Shown here in pieces: positions 19,692-30,649 of a DNA stretch of 64,000 nucleotides (position 1 is its first letter; each line of letters opens with the position of its first letter). The stretch is from an uncultured Acidobacteriota bacterium (GTDB lineage Bacteria > Acidobacteriota > Terriglobia > Acidiferrales > UBA7541), in assembly GCA_963845465.1 (NCBI GenBank), contig CAWJSH010000009.1, positions 270,196 to 334,195 on the forward strand, given 5' to 3'. A program made the translations under genes and the position numbers. The notes under the pieces were generated by a model, which saw only the letters and a list, made by a program, of their open reading frames with translations, ran no database searches and was not told where the DNA came from.

Positions 19692-19954
19692 CGCTGGTGC
19701 GGGAATTTACCTTCCAGTTCGCGGAGAGTCTTCATATCTTGCTGAAAGTCCTCGACATCGTACGCGTGTTCGGTGACGCCTCGTTCTTTCAGAAAGCCGT
19801 CGAATTGGAGACGCCCCATTCCGAGGAGCTGCGCGGCTTGGTAATGAGAGAAGGCGCCCGAACGAAAGCCTTCTATCACGAGAGCCTCGAGGGCCTCGCG
19901 GCCTGGATTCTGGTGGTGTGCCAGATCGTCGGGCAGCTTTACGGTGATTTCCAT
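19688..19954 (-). CDS. UPF0175-family antitoxin
   Basis: ALVIEGFRSGAFSHYQAAQLLGMGRLQFDGFLKERGV; ATGA overlap with the toxin gene. Confidence 0.82.
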   Translation of the reverse strand: MEITVKLPDDLAHHQNPGREALEALVIEGFRSGAFSHYQAAQLLGMGRLQFDGFLKERGVTEHAYDVEDFQQDMKTLRELEGKFPHQR

Positions 19955-20013
19955 AGGTCCAACATAGCACTTTTGGCGGGAGAACGCGTAGCGTAGGTCG
20001 GGGTGATAAAGCG

Positions 20014-20047
20014 AAAGGGCACGGCGGTTGCCGTGCCCTTTTGTTTT
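20014..20047. terminator. Intrinsic terminator downstream of fbaB, possibly bidirectional
   Basis: AAAGGGCACGGC-GGTT-GCCGTGCCCTTT with T-rich tails on both strands. Confidence 0.8.
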
Positions 20048-20093
20048 GCGATGCGAATAACTCGGCTCCGATGCGACGCGAAGTGCGGCGCGG

Positions 20094-21173
20094 TTAGGCG
20101 ATGGTGACTTCGGGGCTGAGGTAGACGTCCTGGATGGCGTTGAGGAGTTGGACGCCTTCGGCCATCGGGCGCTGGAAGGCTTTGCGGCCGGAGATGAGGC
20201 CGGTGCCGCCGGCGCGCTTGTTGATGACGGCGGTGGTTACGGCTTCTTCGAAGTCGTTGGCTCCCGAGGCGCCGCCGCTGTTGATCAGGCCGCTGCGGCC
20301 GATGAAGCAGTTGGTAACCTGATAGCGGCAGAGATCGATCGGGTGATCGCTGTTGAGCTCGGTGTAGATGCGCTTGTCGAATTTGCCGTAGCTCGAGTTG
20401 CCCATGTTGAGCGCTTCGTAGCCGCCGTTATTTTCGGCGAGCTTCTGCTTGATGATGTCGGCCTGAATCGTAACGCCGAGATGGTTCGCCTGGCCGGTGA
20501 GGTCGGACGAAAGGTGGTAGTCCTTGTCCTTTTTGAAGGCGCTGTTGCGGAGGTAGCACCAGAGAACGGTGGCCATGCCGAGTTCGTGCGCTTGCGCAAA
20601 GCACTGGCTGATTTCGATGATCTGGCGGTCGGCGCCTTCAGAGCCGAAATAGATTGTGGCGCCGACGGCGGCCGCGCCCATGTCGTAGGCTTCCTTGACG
20701 GTGCCGAACAAAATTTGATTGGCCTGGTTGGGGAAGGTGAGGAGTTCGTTGTGGTTGATCTTTACGATGAACGGAATCTTGTGCGCGTATTTGCGCGCGA
20801 CGGAGCCGAGCACGCCGAAGGTTGACGCGACGGCGTTGCATTCGCCTTCGATGGCGAGCTTGACGATATTTTCGCCGTCGAAATAGTCGGGATTCTTCGC
20901 GAAGCTCGCGCCGGCGGAGTGCTCGATGCCCTGATCGACGGGCAGAATCGAGAGGTAACCGGTGTTGCGCAGGCGGCCGTGGCCGAACATGCGCTGGAGA
21001 TTGGTGAGCACACGGACGTTGCGGTCGGTGATTCCGTAAACCTGATCGATGAAGTTCGGACCGGGAAGGTGCAGGAGGTCCTTGGAAATTTTCGGATTCT
21101 TGAATCCGAGGAGCGACTCGGCTTTGGCGCCGAGTAGAGTTTCGATCTTGCTTCCGCTGGTGGATGTTGCCAT
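20094..21173 (-). CDS. fbaB: Class I fructose-bisphosphate aldolase (DhnA/FbaB type)
   Basis: [42 protein letters not shown]. Confidence 0.95.
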   Translation of the reverse strand: MATSTSGSKIETLLGAKAESLLGFKNPKISKDLLHLPGPNFIDQVYGITDRNVRVLTNLQRMFGHGRLRNTGYLSILPVDQGIEHSAGASFAKNPDYFDGENIVKLAIEGECNAVASTFGVLGSVARKYAHKIPFIVKINHNELLTFPNQANQILFGTVKEAYDMGAAAVGATIYFGSEGADRQIIEISQCFAQAHELGMATVLWCYLRNSAFKKDKDYHLSSDLTGQANHLGVTIQADIIKQKLAENNGGYEALNMGNSSYGKFDKRIYTELNSDHPIDLCRYQVTNCFIGRSGLINSGGASGANDFEEAVTTAVINKRAGGTGLISGRKAFQRPMAEGVQLLNAIQDVYLSPEVTIA

Positions 21174-21368
21174 TGCTTCTCCTTAGTTTTGTGCCGGACT
21201 AAGTTTACATCGGGTTGAGGGGAAGTGCGAAAGGGACAGGAAATTTTTAAAGGACTCTAACCATCGCGCGGATCACCGAATGTTGCAGCCGAGGCGATGC
21301 GAGGAGGCTTGAATCATTGCGATCGCGCCAAGCTGGGGCGCAGCCTGCTGCGCCTCTACAAAGCTTTC

Positions 21369-22151
21369 TCAGGGCTTGCTGACGGTGCTTGGGTCGAGTT
21401 TTTCGGCGGCGGCGATGTCGACGAGCCACACAACTCTCCCGTTCGTTGGCTGCAAGAGTTGCGAGGGAAGCTGCTCGGGCTCGTATGGGCCTTCGAGCAC
21501 GCCCTTGAGCGCGAGCGCTTTGTCGGTCTTCGTGACCATGAAAATCACGAGGCCGGAGTTGTTGGCGACGGGAGCGGTCACGGTGACGCGCCATGTATAA
21601 AGCTTGCCGACCCAGTTCGATTTCACGAGCCGGCCACCGTCTTGGAGCGCTTTCGTGCCTGGGAAAAGCGAAAGCATGTGGCCTTCGTCGCCCATGCCGA
21701 TCAAAGTGACGTCGAAACGCGGAAGCTGACCGGACGAGAGGCCGAAAAACGAAGTGAGGAGCTGTTCGTATTCCTGCGCGGCTTTTTCGGGATCGGGATT
21801 TTCCGCCTTGATGCGATGCACTTGCTCGGGCTTGAGCGAGAGCTTCGTCAGCATCGACTCGCTGGCCATGCGAAAGTTGCTGTCTTTGTCGTCGGGTGGG
21901 ACACAGCGCTCGTCGCCGAAGAAAATGTAAGTCTTGTCCCACGGCATGACGGAAAAATACGGCTCGCTGGAAAGAAGGGAATAAAGAGTCTTGGGAGTCG
22001 AGCCGCCCGCGAGCGCGATAGTGAAGCGGCCGTTTTGCTGAACGGCGGTGTTCGCGGCGGCGAGGATGAGTTCAGCGGCGCGTGAGGCGATGTCGGCAAC
22101 GTCGCGGAACACTTGAATTTCGCGGTTGGAGTGCGGTGCGGGAGTTGCCAT
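21369..22151 (-). CDS. pgl: 6-phosphogluconolactonase
   Basis: ALAGGSTP, FFGDERCVPPDD, FDVTLIGMGDEGH; pentose phosphate context. Confidence 0.95.
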   Translation of the reverse strand: MATPAPHSNREIQVFRDVADIASRAAELILAAANTAVQQNGRFTIALAGGSTPKTLYSLLSSEPYFSVMPWDKTYIFFGDERCVPPDDKDSNFRMASESMLTKLSLKPEQVHRIKAENPDPEKAAQEYEQLLTSFFGLSSGQLPRFDVTLIGMGDEGHMLSLFPGTKALQDGGRLVKSNWVGKLYTWRVTVTAPVANNSGLVIFMVTKTDKALALKGVLEGPYEPEQLPSQLLQPTNGRVVWLVDIAAAEKLDPSTVSKP

Positions 22152-22170
22152 TGGCTTTCCTTTCGCGATG

Positions 22171-22232
22171 CTTCAGGGGCTGAAGCCCCGGACTTCTGCG
22201 GCTGGATGTCGCGGTCAAAACCGCGACACACA
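22171..22232. repeat. About 62-bp two-hairpin repeat E; second copy (reverse orientation) at 36042-36104
   Basis: GTCGCGG-N-CCGCGAC hairpin plus GGGCTTCAGCCCCTGAAG, conserved in both copies. Confidence 0.85.
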
Positions 22233-22244
22233 GACCGACGCTGG

Positions 22245-23841
<1,597 letters not shown>

Positions 23842-23922
23842 GAGAGGGTTCCGTGTGTTCGCGCCTGGACCTACCCGCTCAGGTCCGCGCACGCAAGCCA
23901 AGTCTAAGCGAAATGGGCGATT

Positions 23923-24937
23923 TCAGCCCTTCTTTTCGAGGTGCCCGCCGAACTGGAAGCGCATCGCCGAAAGAATCTTGCATGCGAAATCGGTTCTCGC
24001 CGCGCGACGTGAAGCGCTCGTAGAGAGCTTCGGTCAATACGGGTGAAGGAGCGCCGGATTCGATACCTGCCAGAATGGTCCATCGTCCTTCGCCGGAATC
24101 GGAAACGCGGCCGGAGTATTTATCGAGGTTGGGCTGCTCGGTGAACGAGATTGCGGTGAGATCGAGCAGCCACGATGCGATCACGCTGCCGCGGCGCCAC
24201 ACTTCGCTGACGTCGGCAAGATTGAAATCGTACATATAGTGCTCGGGGTTGCGCAGCGGCGTGGTCTCGGCATCGATCTCCTGCTGATGTTTGCCGACGT
24301 TGGCGTGCCGAAGAATGTTGAGCCCTTCGGCGTAGGCGGCCATCAGGCCGTACTCGATGCCGTTGTGCACCATCTTGACGAAATGACCCGCGCCCGACGG
24401 TCCGCAGTGGAGATAGCCTTCTTCCGCGGTGCCGCCAAGTTTGTCGCGGCCCGGCGTGCGATCGATATTGCCTCGACCCGGAGCCAGCGACTTAAAAATC
24501 GGATCGAGATGCTTCACGACGTCGGTTTCGCCGCCGATCATCTGGCAGTAGCCGCGCTCGAGTCCCCAAACGCCGCCGCTGGTGCCGCAATCGACGTAGT
24601 GAATGCCTTTCGCGCTCAGTTCTTTCGCGCGGCGAATGTCGTCGATGTAATAGGAGTTGCCGCCATCGATGATGATGTCGCCGACGTCGAGCTTGGACGA
24701 AAGCTCATGGAGCGTGCCGTCCACCACGGCCGCCGGGACCATCAGCCAGATCGCGCGCGGCTTGTTGAGCTTCTTGACGAAGTCGTCGATCGAGGAAGCG
24801 CCCGTCGGGCCTTCTTTCGCGAGCGCGGCGACCGTCGCGGGAGTGCGATCGAAAATCACGCACTGATGTCCGTTTTTCTCCAGGCGCCGCACCATGTTGG
24901 CGCCCATTCTGCCTAGTCCGATCATGCCTAGCTGCAT
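23923..24937 (-). CDS. gnd: 6-phosphogluconate dehydrogenase (decarboxylating, short type), +1 indel near 23990
   Basis: [42 protein letters not shown]. The corrected end reads [16 protein letters not shown]. Confidence 0.95.
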
Positions 24938-25074
24938 TTGCGTCGCTCCTCAGTGGTGCGGTGTGAGTGATGAAGAAACTTTCGGTGGCGCATCTCTATG
25001 CAAGCTGCGTAACCGTTTGCGGTGTTCGCGGATGCGAATTGCGGACGATCGCGAATTTCGAGTTTTCCCTGCTG

Positions 25075-26793
25075 CTACTTCAACGCCTGCTGAATCGCCG
25101 AATCGAGCGTCTTCAGGTCCTTCGCAACGTTCTTGCTGAGATGGACGCGCAGCGCCCGGCGCCCGCGTTCGGCCAACACGGAGAAATCACCGCGAGCCTG
25201 CGCGGCCTTTACCACGCTGAAAGAGTATTTCTGCTCCGGCACTTCGATATTGACCGCGTCGTCGCACGTGATCTGAAGGAATACGCCAGAGTTCGGTCCG
25301 CCCTTATACGCTTGGCCCGTCGAGTGCAAAAAGCGCGGGCCGAATTCCGCCACGGTCGCAACCTTCTTGTTGTCGCGCACGAAGAGCCGAATTTTCTGTA
25401 GCGCCTTCTCATTGGCTTCGTTCATCGTGATGTAGCCGAGAACGCCGAAGTAATCGCCGGCGTGGATGCGGCCGAGATGCGTGCGTAACACGTCCGCGAG
25501 TTTCGAGCCGCCCTTGAGCGCGGCGGCGTTCTTCTCGTCGGCGTAAAGCTTGATGCCGCTGCCTTCGAAGAACGGAGTTTCGGCCGGCAGCGATCCCTTT
25601 TGCTCGTATTCACTGGTCAGCTTGCGCGTTTCGACCTTGCTGGCTTCCACGTCGGGCTGATTGAACGCGTTGATCCCGATAATCGAGCCGGCGACCGCCG
25701 TCGCGATTTCCCAGCGGAAAAATTCCTGGCCGAGGCTATAGATGTTGGCGACCTCAATACGCACCACAGGCTGACCGGCCTTTTCGAGCGCGGCGACTGC
25801 GGCATCTTGCGCCTTGTTCGGCTTGGTCTTCAAGCGCAGGTACGCGAACACGCGATCGTTGCCGTAGACCGCCGGCTTGCCGAGCGTTTCGCGATCGACT
25901 GGGACGATGCCCTTGCCGACTTTGCCGGTCGATTCGGCGAGAAGCTGTTCGAGCCACGCGCCGAGATCGTGAATTCCCGGCGACGCGATGATCGTGACTT
26001 TGTCGCGTCCGTGAACCGCGGCGGTTCCGAGAATTGCGCCCAGCAGCACGCCGGGATTCTTATCCGCAGCGACGCCGGAGCCGCACGCCTTCACCATCTC
26101 GTGCGTGACCTTGAGGAATTTCGGAATGTCGATGCCCATGACCGCGCCGGGCACCATGCCGAAATCCGAGAGCGCGGAGTAGCGTCCGCCGATGCTCGGC
26201 ACGCCGAAGAAAACTTTGCGGAAGTGATCGCCTTCCGCGACGGTTTGCATCTTCGAGCCGGGATCGGTGATGGCGATGAAGCGATTGCCGACTTCCTTGT
26301 CGCCGACCTTCTTGCGAACCTGCTCGAAGAAATATTGTTTGTAGATGTTCGGTTCGAGCGTGCTGCCCGATTTGCTGGAGACGATGCAGATCGTGCTCTT
26401 GAGGTCGAGCTTTCGCCTGAAGCGCCTTGATCTGCGCAGGATCGGTGGAATCCAGCACATGCATCTCAGGGAAGCCCTTGATCTTGCCGAACGTGAGACG
26501 CAGAACTTCCGGGCAGAGGCTCGATCCGCCCATGCCGAGCAGCAGCGCGTGCTTGAACTTCGCCTTCTTGATATCGGCGGCGATGTCTCTTCAGCGTCGC
26601 GATTTCGCCAAGCTGATCATCGACGATGCTCGAGCCAGCCGAGCCACTTCGCTTCGTCATCGTTCGTCCAAAGGGAAGCGTCGTGCTCCCAAAGGCGCGA
26701 GACTTTGTTGTTCTTTTTCCAGTCGTCGATCGACGCCTGGACGGCGCCAGAGAGTTCGGCGGGGAGTTTGTAGCTCTGGCGATTCAGGCTCAC
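25075..26793 (-). CDS. pgi: Glucose-6-phosphate isomerase (Tal-Pgi-type domain), frameshifts ~26630, ~26585, ~26410
   Basis: LWTNDDEAKWLGWL, GMGGSSLCPE, SSKSGSTLE, IGGRYSALS, QLLAESTGK, NQPDVEASK. GTG 26793 overlaps the tal stop and has AGGAG upstream. Confidence 0.88.
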
Positions 26794-27956
26794 GCGTGCA
26801 CTCCTGCGGTTTTTCCGGTGGCTTCGAGCAGTTTGTCAAAAGCTTCGGCGAAGAGCTTCACGCCATCGACGACGAGCTTCTCAGTGACTTGCTTCATCGA
26901 AATGCCGGCCTTCTCAAGGTCCGACATTGTCTTGGCGGCCGCATCGACGTTTTCGGTCAGGCTCTTGCGCAGCTTGCCGTGATCGCGGAAGGCATCGAAG
27001 GTGGCCGGCGGAATCGTGTCCACGGTGTCGGCGCCAATCAGCTCTTCGACGTAGAGCACATCCCGATACTTCGGATTCTTGGTGCTCGTGCTGGCCCACA
27101 GCAAACGCTGCGTGTGCGCGCCTTTGTCCGCGAGCGCCTTCCAGCGCGCTCCGCCGAACAGCTCCTGGTACTTCTTGTAGGTCAGCTTGGCGTTGGCGAT
27201 CGCGACCTTGCCTTCGATCGACTGGAGCAACGCTTTCTTGCTCGCGTCCCTCTCGGTCTTGAGCTGCTCCTCGATTTTGCCGTCGATCAGCGTGTCGATG
27301 CGGCTGACGAAGAAGCTGGCGACGCTGGCGATCTTGCTGATGTCCTGCCCCTTTTTCGCGCGGGCTTCGAGGGCGGCGAGATACGCTTCCGCAACCTGCT
27401 CATAGGCCGACTGCGCGAACAGCAGCGTGATGTTGATGTTGATGCCGTCTTCCAGAAGTGTGCGAATCGCCGGAATGCCTTCCGGAGTCGCGGGAACCTT
27501 GATCATCACGTTCGGGCGGTTGACGGACTTCCACAGACGGCGAGCTTCTTCGATCGTGCCCTGCGTGTTGTTCGCCAGCAGCGGCGAAACTTCCAGGCTG
27601 ACGTAGCCGTCGCGGCCCTTCGTGTCCGCGTAGACGCCCTTGAAAATGTCGGCCGCGTCCTGCACGTCCCGAATCGCAATCTTTTCGTACACGCCCTTGG
27701 CGTCGAGTTTCTTGGCGTCAGGCGAGTCCGTGATGTCGGAATAGAATGTGCCGCCGGTGATCGCCTTCTCGAAAATCGTTGGGTTCGACGTCATGCCGCG
27801 CAGGCCGTCGTTGTCGATCATTTTCTTCAGTCCGCCGCCGGTCAGCAGGTCGCGGCGAATGTAGTCCATCCACGGCGATTGTCCGAAATCGTTCAAAGCC
27901 TTGATTGGATTGGTTCCAGTCGCTCCAGGATTGGGGAGCGTGCTCGTTGTAGTCAT
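26790..27956 (-). CDS. tal: Transaldolase (long type)
   Basis: GMTSNPTIF, GYVSLEVSP, NVMIKVPAT (catalytic Lys), SFFVSRID, RLLWASTSTK. Confidence 0.95.
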   Translation of the reverse strand: MTTTSTLPNPGATGTNPIKALNDFGQSPWMDYIRRDLLTGGGLKKMIDNDGLRGMTSNPTIFEKAITGGTFYSDITDSPDAKKLDAKGVYEKIAIRDVQDAADIFKGVYADTKGRDGYVSLEVSPLLANNTQGTIEEARRLWKSVNRPNVMIKVPATPEGIPAIRTLLEDGININITLLFAQSAYEQVAEAYLAALEARAKKGQDISKIASVASFFVSRIDTLIDGKIEEQLKTERDASKKALLQSIEGKVAIANAKLTYKKYQELFGGARWKALADKGAHTQRLLWASTSTKNPKYRDVLYVEELIGADTVDTIPPATFDAFRDHGKLRKSLTENVDAAAKTMSDLEKAGISMKQVTEKLVVDGVKLFAEAFDKLLEATGKTAGVHA

Positions 27957-28072
27957 GAAAAATCTCCTTTTCGTTCGAAACTTGAGTTACTCGAAACTTT
28001 GTCTTCTATAAGAAGATTGTACGCCCGGCCGTCATTGCCGTTCTGCACGGGCCGTAACACACTGAATCGCAG

Positions 28073-30175
28073 CTACTTGCCGGCGACCTGCTTGGCAGCC
28101 GCAACGATATTTTCAACGGTGAAGCCAAACTTCTTCATCACGTCCTTGATCGGAGCCGAAGCGCCAAAGCTGTGCATCCCGATCATTTTGCCCTTCGGCC
28201 CGACGTAGCGATCCCAACCAAACGTCGCCGCCATCTCGACCGAAACACGCGCCGTGATCGCCGCCGGCAGTACGCTCTCTTTGTAAGAAGCGTCCTGCTT
28301 CTCGAACAGATCCCACGAAGGCATGCTCACCACGCGCGCCTTGATGCCTTCCGCGGCGAGTTTTTCGCGCGCTTCGACGCAGAGATACACTTCGCTGCCC
28401 GTCGCCAGCAAAATCACGTCGGGCTTACCGCCTTCCGCGTCGATCAATACGTACGCGCCCTTCGCCACACCCGAGGCCGGCGCAAATTTCGTCCGGTCGA
28501 AGGTCGGCAACGGCTGCCGCGTCAGGACGAGCGTCGAAGGCGAAAGCCGCGACTGCACCATGATTTTGTACGACTCGACCACTTCGTTCGCGTCCGCCGG
28601 CCGGAACAACATCATGTTCGGCATCGCGCGCAAGCCGGCAAGCTGCTCGATCGGCTGGTGCGTCGGCCCATCTTCGCCGAGCCCGATCGAATCGTGCGTG
28701 AAGATGAACATCGACGGCGTCTCTTCGAGCGCCGCGATGCGCATCGCCGGCTTCATGTAGTCGCTGAAATTGAAAAACGTAGCGCTGAACGCGCGCAGTT
28801 TCGAAACACTCAGTCCGTTCACCGCCGCGCCCATCGCATGTTCGCGCACGCCGAAGTGCAGATTGCGCCCTTTAAACGCGTCCTCAGGGAAGAAATCGCC
28901 TGCCCCTTCGAACGTCAGATTCGTCTTGTTCGAATGCGCCAGGTCCGCCGAGCCGCCGATCATCCACGGGATATTCTTCGCCAGCGCATTCAAAACCTTG
29001 CCCGACGAATCGCGTGTCGCCATCCCTTTCGCATCGGCAGGGAAGTTCGGCAAATCCTTGTCCCAGCCCTTCGGGAGCTCTTCCTTTTGCATCGTCTGGA
29101 TCTGCTGATCGAGCTCAGGAAACTTCGTCTTGTACTCGTTGTAGACCTTCGTCCACGCCGCGTGATTTTCGCCGCCGCGCTTGCCGATGCCATTCTTGAA
29201 TCGGTCGTACACGCCGTCCGGCACGAGGAACTGCGCATCTTCCGGCCACCCGTAAAACTTTTTCGTGAGTTTTACTTCTTCCGGCCCCAGCGGTTCGCCG
29301 TGCGAATCCGACGAATCATGCTTGTTTGGCGACCCATACCCGATGTGGCTATCGACGACGATCAGCGTCGGCTTATCATTCGTCTTCAAAAACGTCTCGT
29401 ATGCCCGTCCAAGCATCACGAGATCGTTCGCATCCGAAACCCGCGTAACGTTCCAGCCCAGCCCCACATACTTCGTCATCACGTCTTCGTCGTACGACCA
29501 CTTCGCCGGTCCGTCGAGCGTCACGCTGTTGTGATCGTAGATCCAACAAAGATTCGAAAGTTTCAGATGCCCAGCGAGCGACGCAGCTTCGTTGCCGACG
29601 CCTTCCATCATGTCGCCGTCGCCGCACATCGCGAACACGTTGAAGTCGAAAACGGTGTATCCCGGCCGGTTGTAATTCGCGCCCAGCCACTTGCTGGCGA
29701 TCGCCATGCCGACGCTGTTCGCCACGCCCTGGCCCAGCGGCCCCGTCGTCGTCTCGATCCCCGTCGTCATGTGCGATTCCGGATGCCCCGGCGTCACGCT
29801 ATCCAGCTGGCGAAACGATTTCAGATCGTCCAGCGACACAGCCGGCTTGTCCGTGATCTTCCCGTCGTGATCCACGCGCTTCACGCCGGTCAAATGCAGC
29901 ATCGAGTACAGCAGCATCGACGCGTGCCCGTTCGAAAGCACAAACCGATCGCGATTCGGCCACGTTGGATCGGCCGGGTCGTACCGCAAATAGTTTTGCC
30001 AAAGCGCGTACACCACCGGCGCCAGCCCCATCGGCGCGCCCGGATGGCCTGAATTCGCCTTCTGCACTCCATCGATCGCCAGCGTTCGAATCGTATCGAC
30101 GCTGAGAAGGTCGATATCCGATTGCAATTGCGGTGAAAACTTCGCTTGCGTCGTGCTCGTCTGCGTCGTGCTCAC
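28073..30175 (-). CDS. tkt: Transketolase
   Basis: ANSGHPGAPMG, FVLSNGHAS, TTGPLGQG, GDGDMMEG, HFGVREHAM, THDSIGLGEDGPTHQP. Confidence 0.98.
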   Translation of the reverse strand: MSTTQTSTTQAKFSPQLQSDIDLLSVDTIRTLAIDGVQKANSGHPGAPMGLAPVVYALWQNYLRYDPADPTWPNRDRFVLSNGHASMLLYSMLHLTGVKRVDHDGKITDKPAVSLDDLKSFRQLDSVTPGHPESHMTTGIETTTGPLGQGVANSVGMAIASKWLGANYNRPGYTVFDFNVFAMCGDGDMMEGVGNEAASLAGHLKLSNLCWIYDHNSVTLDGPAKWSYDEDVMTKYVGLGWNVTRVSDANDLVMLGRAYETFLKTNDKPTLIVVDSHIGYGSPNKHDSSDSHGEPLGPEEVKLTKKFYGWPEDAQFLVPDGVYDRFKNGIGKRGGENHAAWTKVYNEYKTKFPELDQQIQTMQKEELPKGWDKDLPNFPADAKGMATRDSSGKVLNALAKNIPWMIGGSADLAHSNKTNLTFEGAGDFFPEDAFKGRNLHFGVREHAMGAAVNGLSVSKLRAFSATFFNFSDYMKPAMRIAALEETPSMFIFTHDSIGLGEDGPTHQPIEQLAGLRAMPNMMLFRPADANEVVESYKIMVQSRLSPSTLVLTRQPLPTFDRTKFAPASGVAKGAYVLIDAEGGKPDVILLATGSEVYLCVEAREKLAAEGIKARVVSMPSWDLFEKQDASYKESVLPAAITARVSVEMAATFGWDRYVGPKGKMIGMHSFGASAPIKDVMKKFGFTVENIVAAAKQVAGK

Positions 30176-30414
30176 GATGACTCCCGCGGGATTTTCGCGC
30201 CCGCTGCTGTCTCTCTAGATTTGGATGCACCACATTTCGCGGTGGATGACGGAAATCTCATTCTGAAAATGAATTCACAGACTCGGTGCCATCGCTGCTT
30301 CTGGGGTTCGGAGCTGCTGCGGCTACCTCCGAGCGGTGCCTCCCCGTGGGAATTATCGGCCAGCCTTGCAATCCTGTGAGGGGACAAGGTCCACCGGCGA
30401 AGGGAGGGCGTCCA

Positions 30415-30443
30415 AACTAACGCGGCGTCCCGCTATCTGTCAA
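30415..30443 (-). promoter_or_regulatory. sigma70-type promoter for the tkt operon
   Basis: TTGACA-17 nt-TTAGTT, about 240 nt upstream of tkt. Confidence 0.5.
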
Positions 30444-30649
30444 TTCTGTTGCGGCAAATTCACAATCGCCGCTCGGTTGGCCAGGTCGCGTCGAGCCTTC
30501 AATCGTCTGCCATCAGTCTTTGGATGTGAGTTCGCTTAGGTTTGATACGAAAATCATTTCGGCGCTCCGTCCATCAGGCTGCCTAAGTGAAGTCCCGGCA
30601 AATTTTGCCGTGCGTTCCCCTCGTAACCCTGTACAATCTCCGCCGGTCC

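Noticed and set aside
25009-25020. LacI/cre-like GNAANCGNTTNC site upstream of gnd
   Set aside because: With only 8 fixed positions, about one match is expected by chance in 64 kb. There is no LacI gene or second copy in the window.
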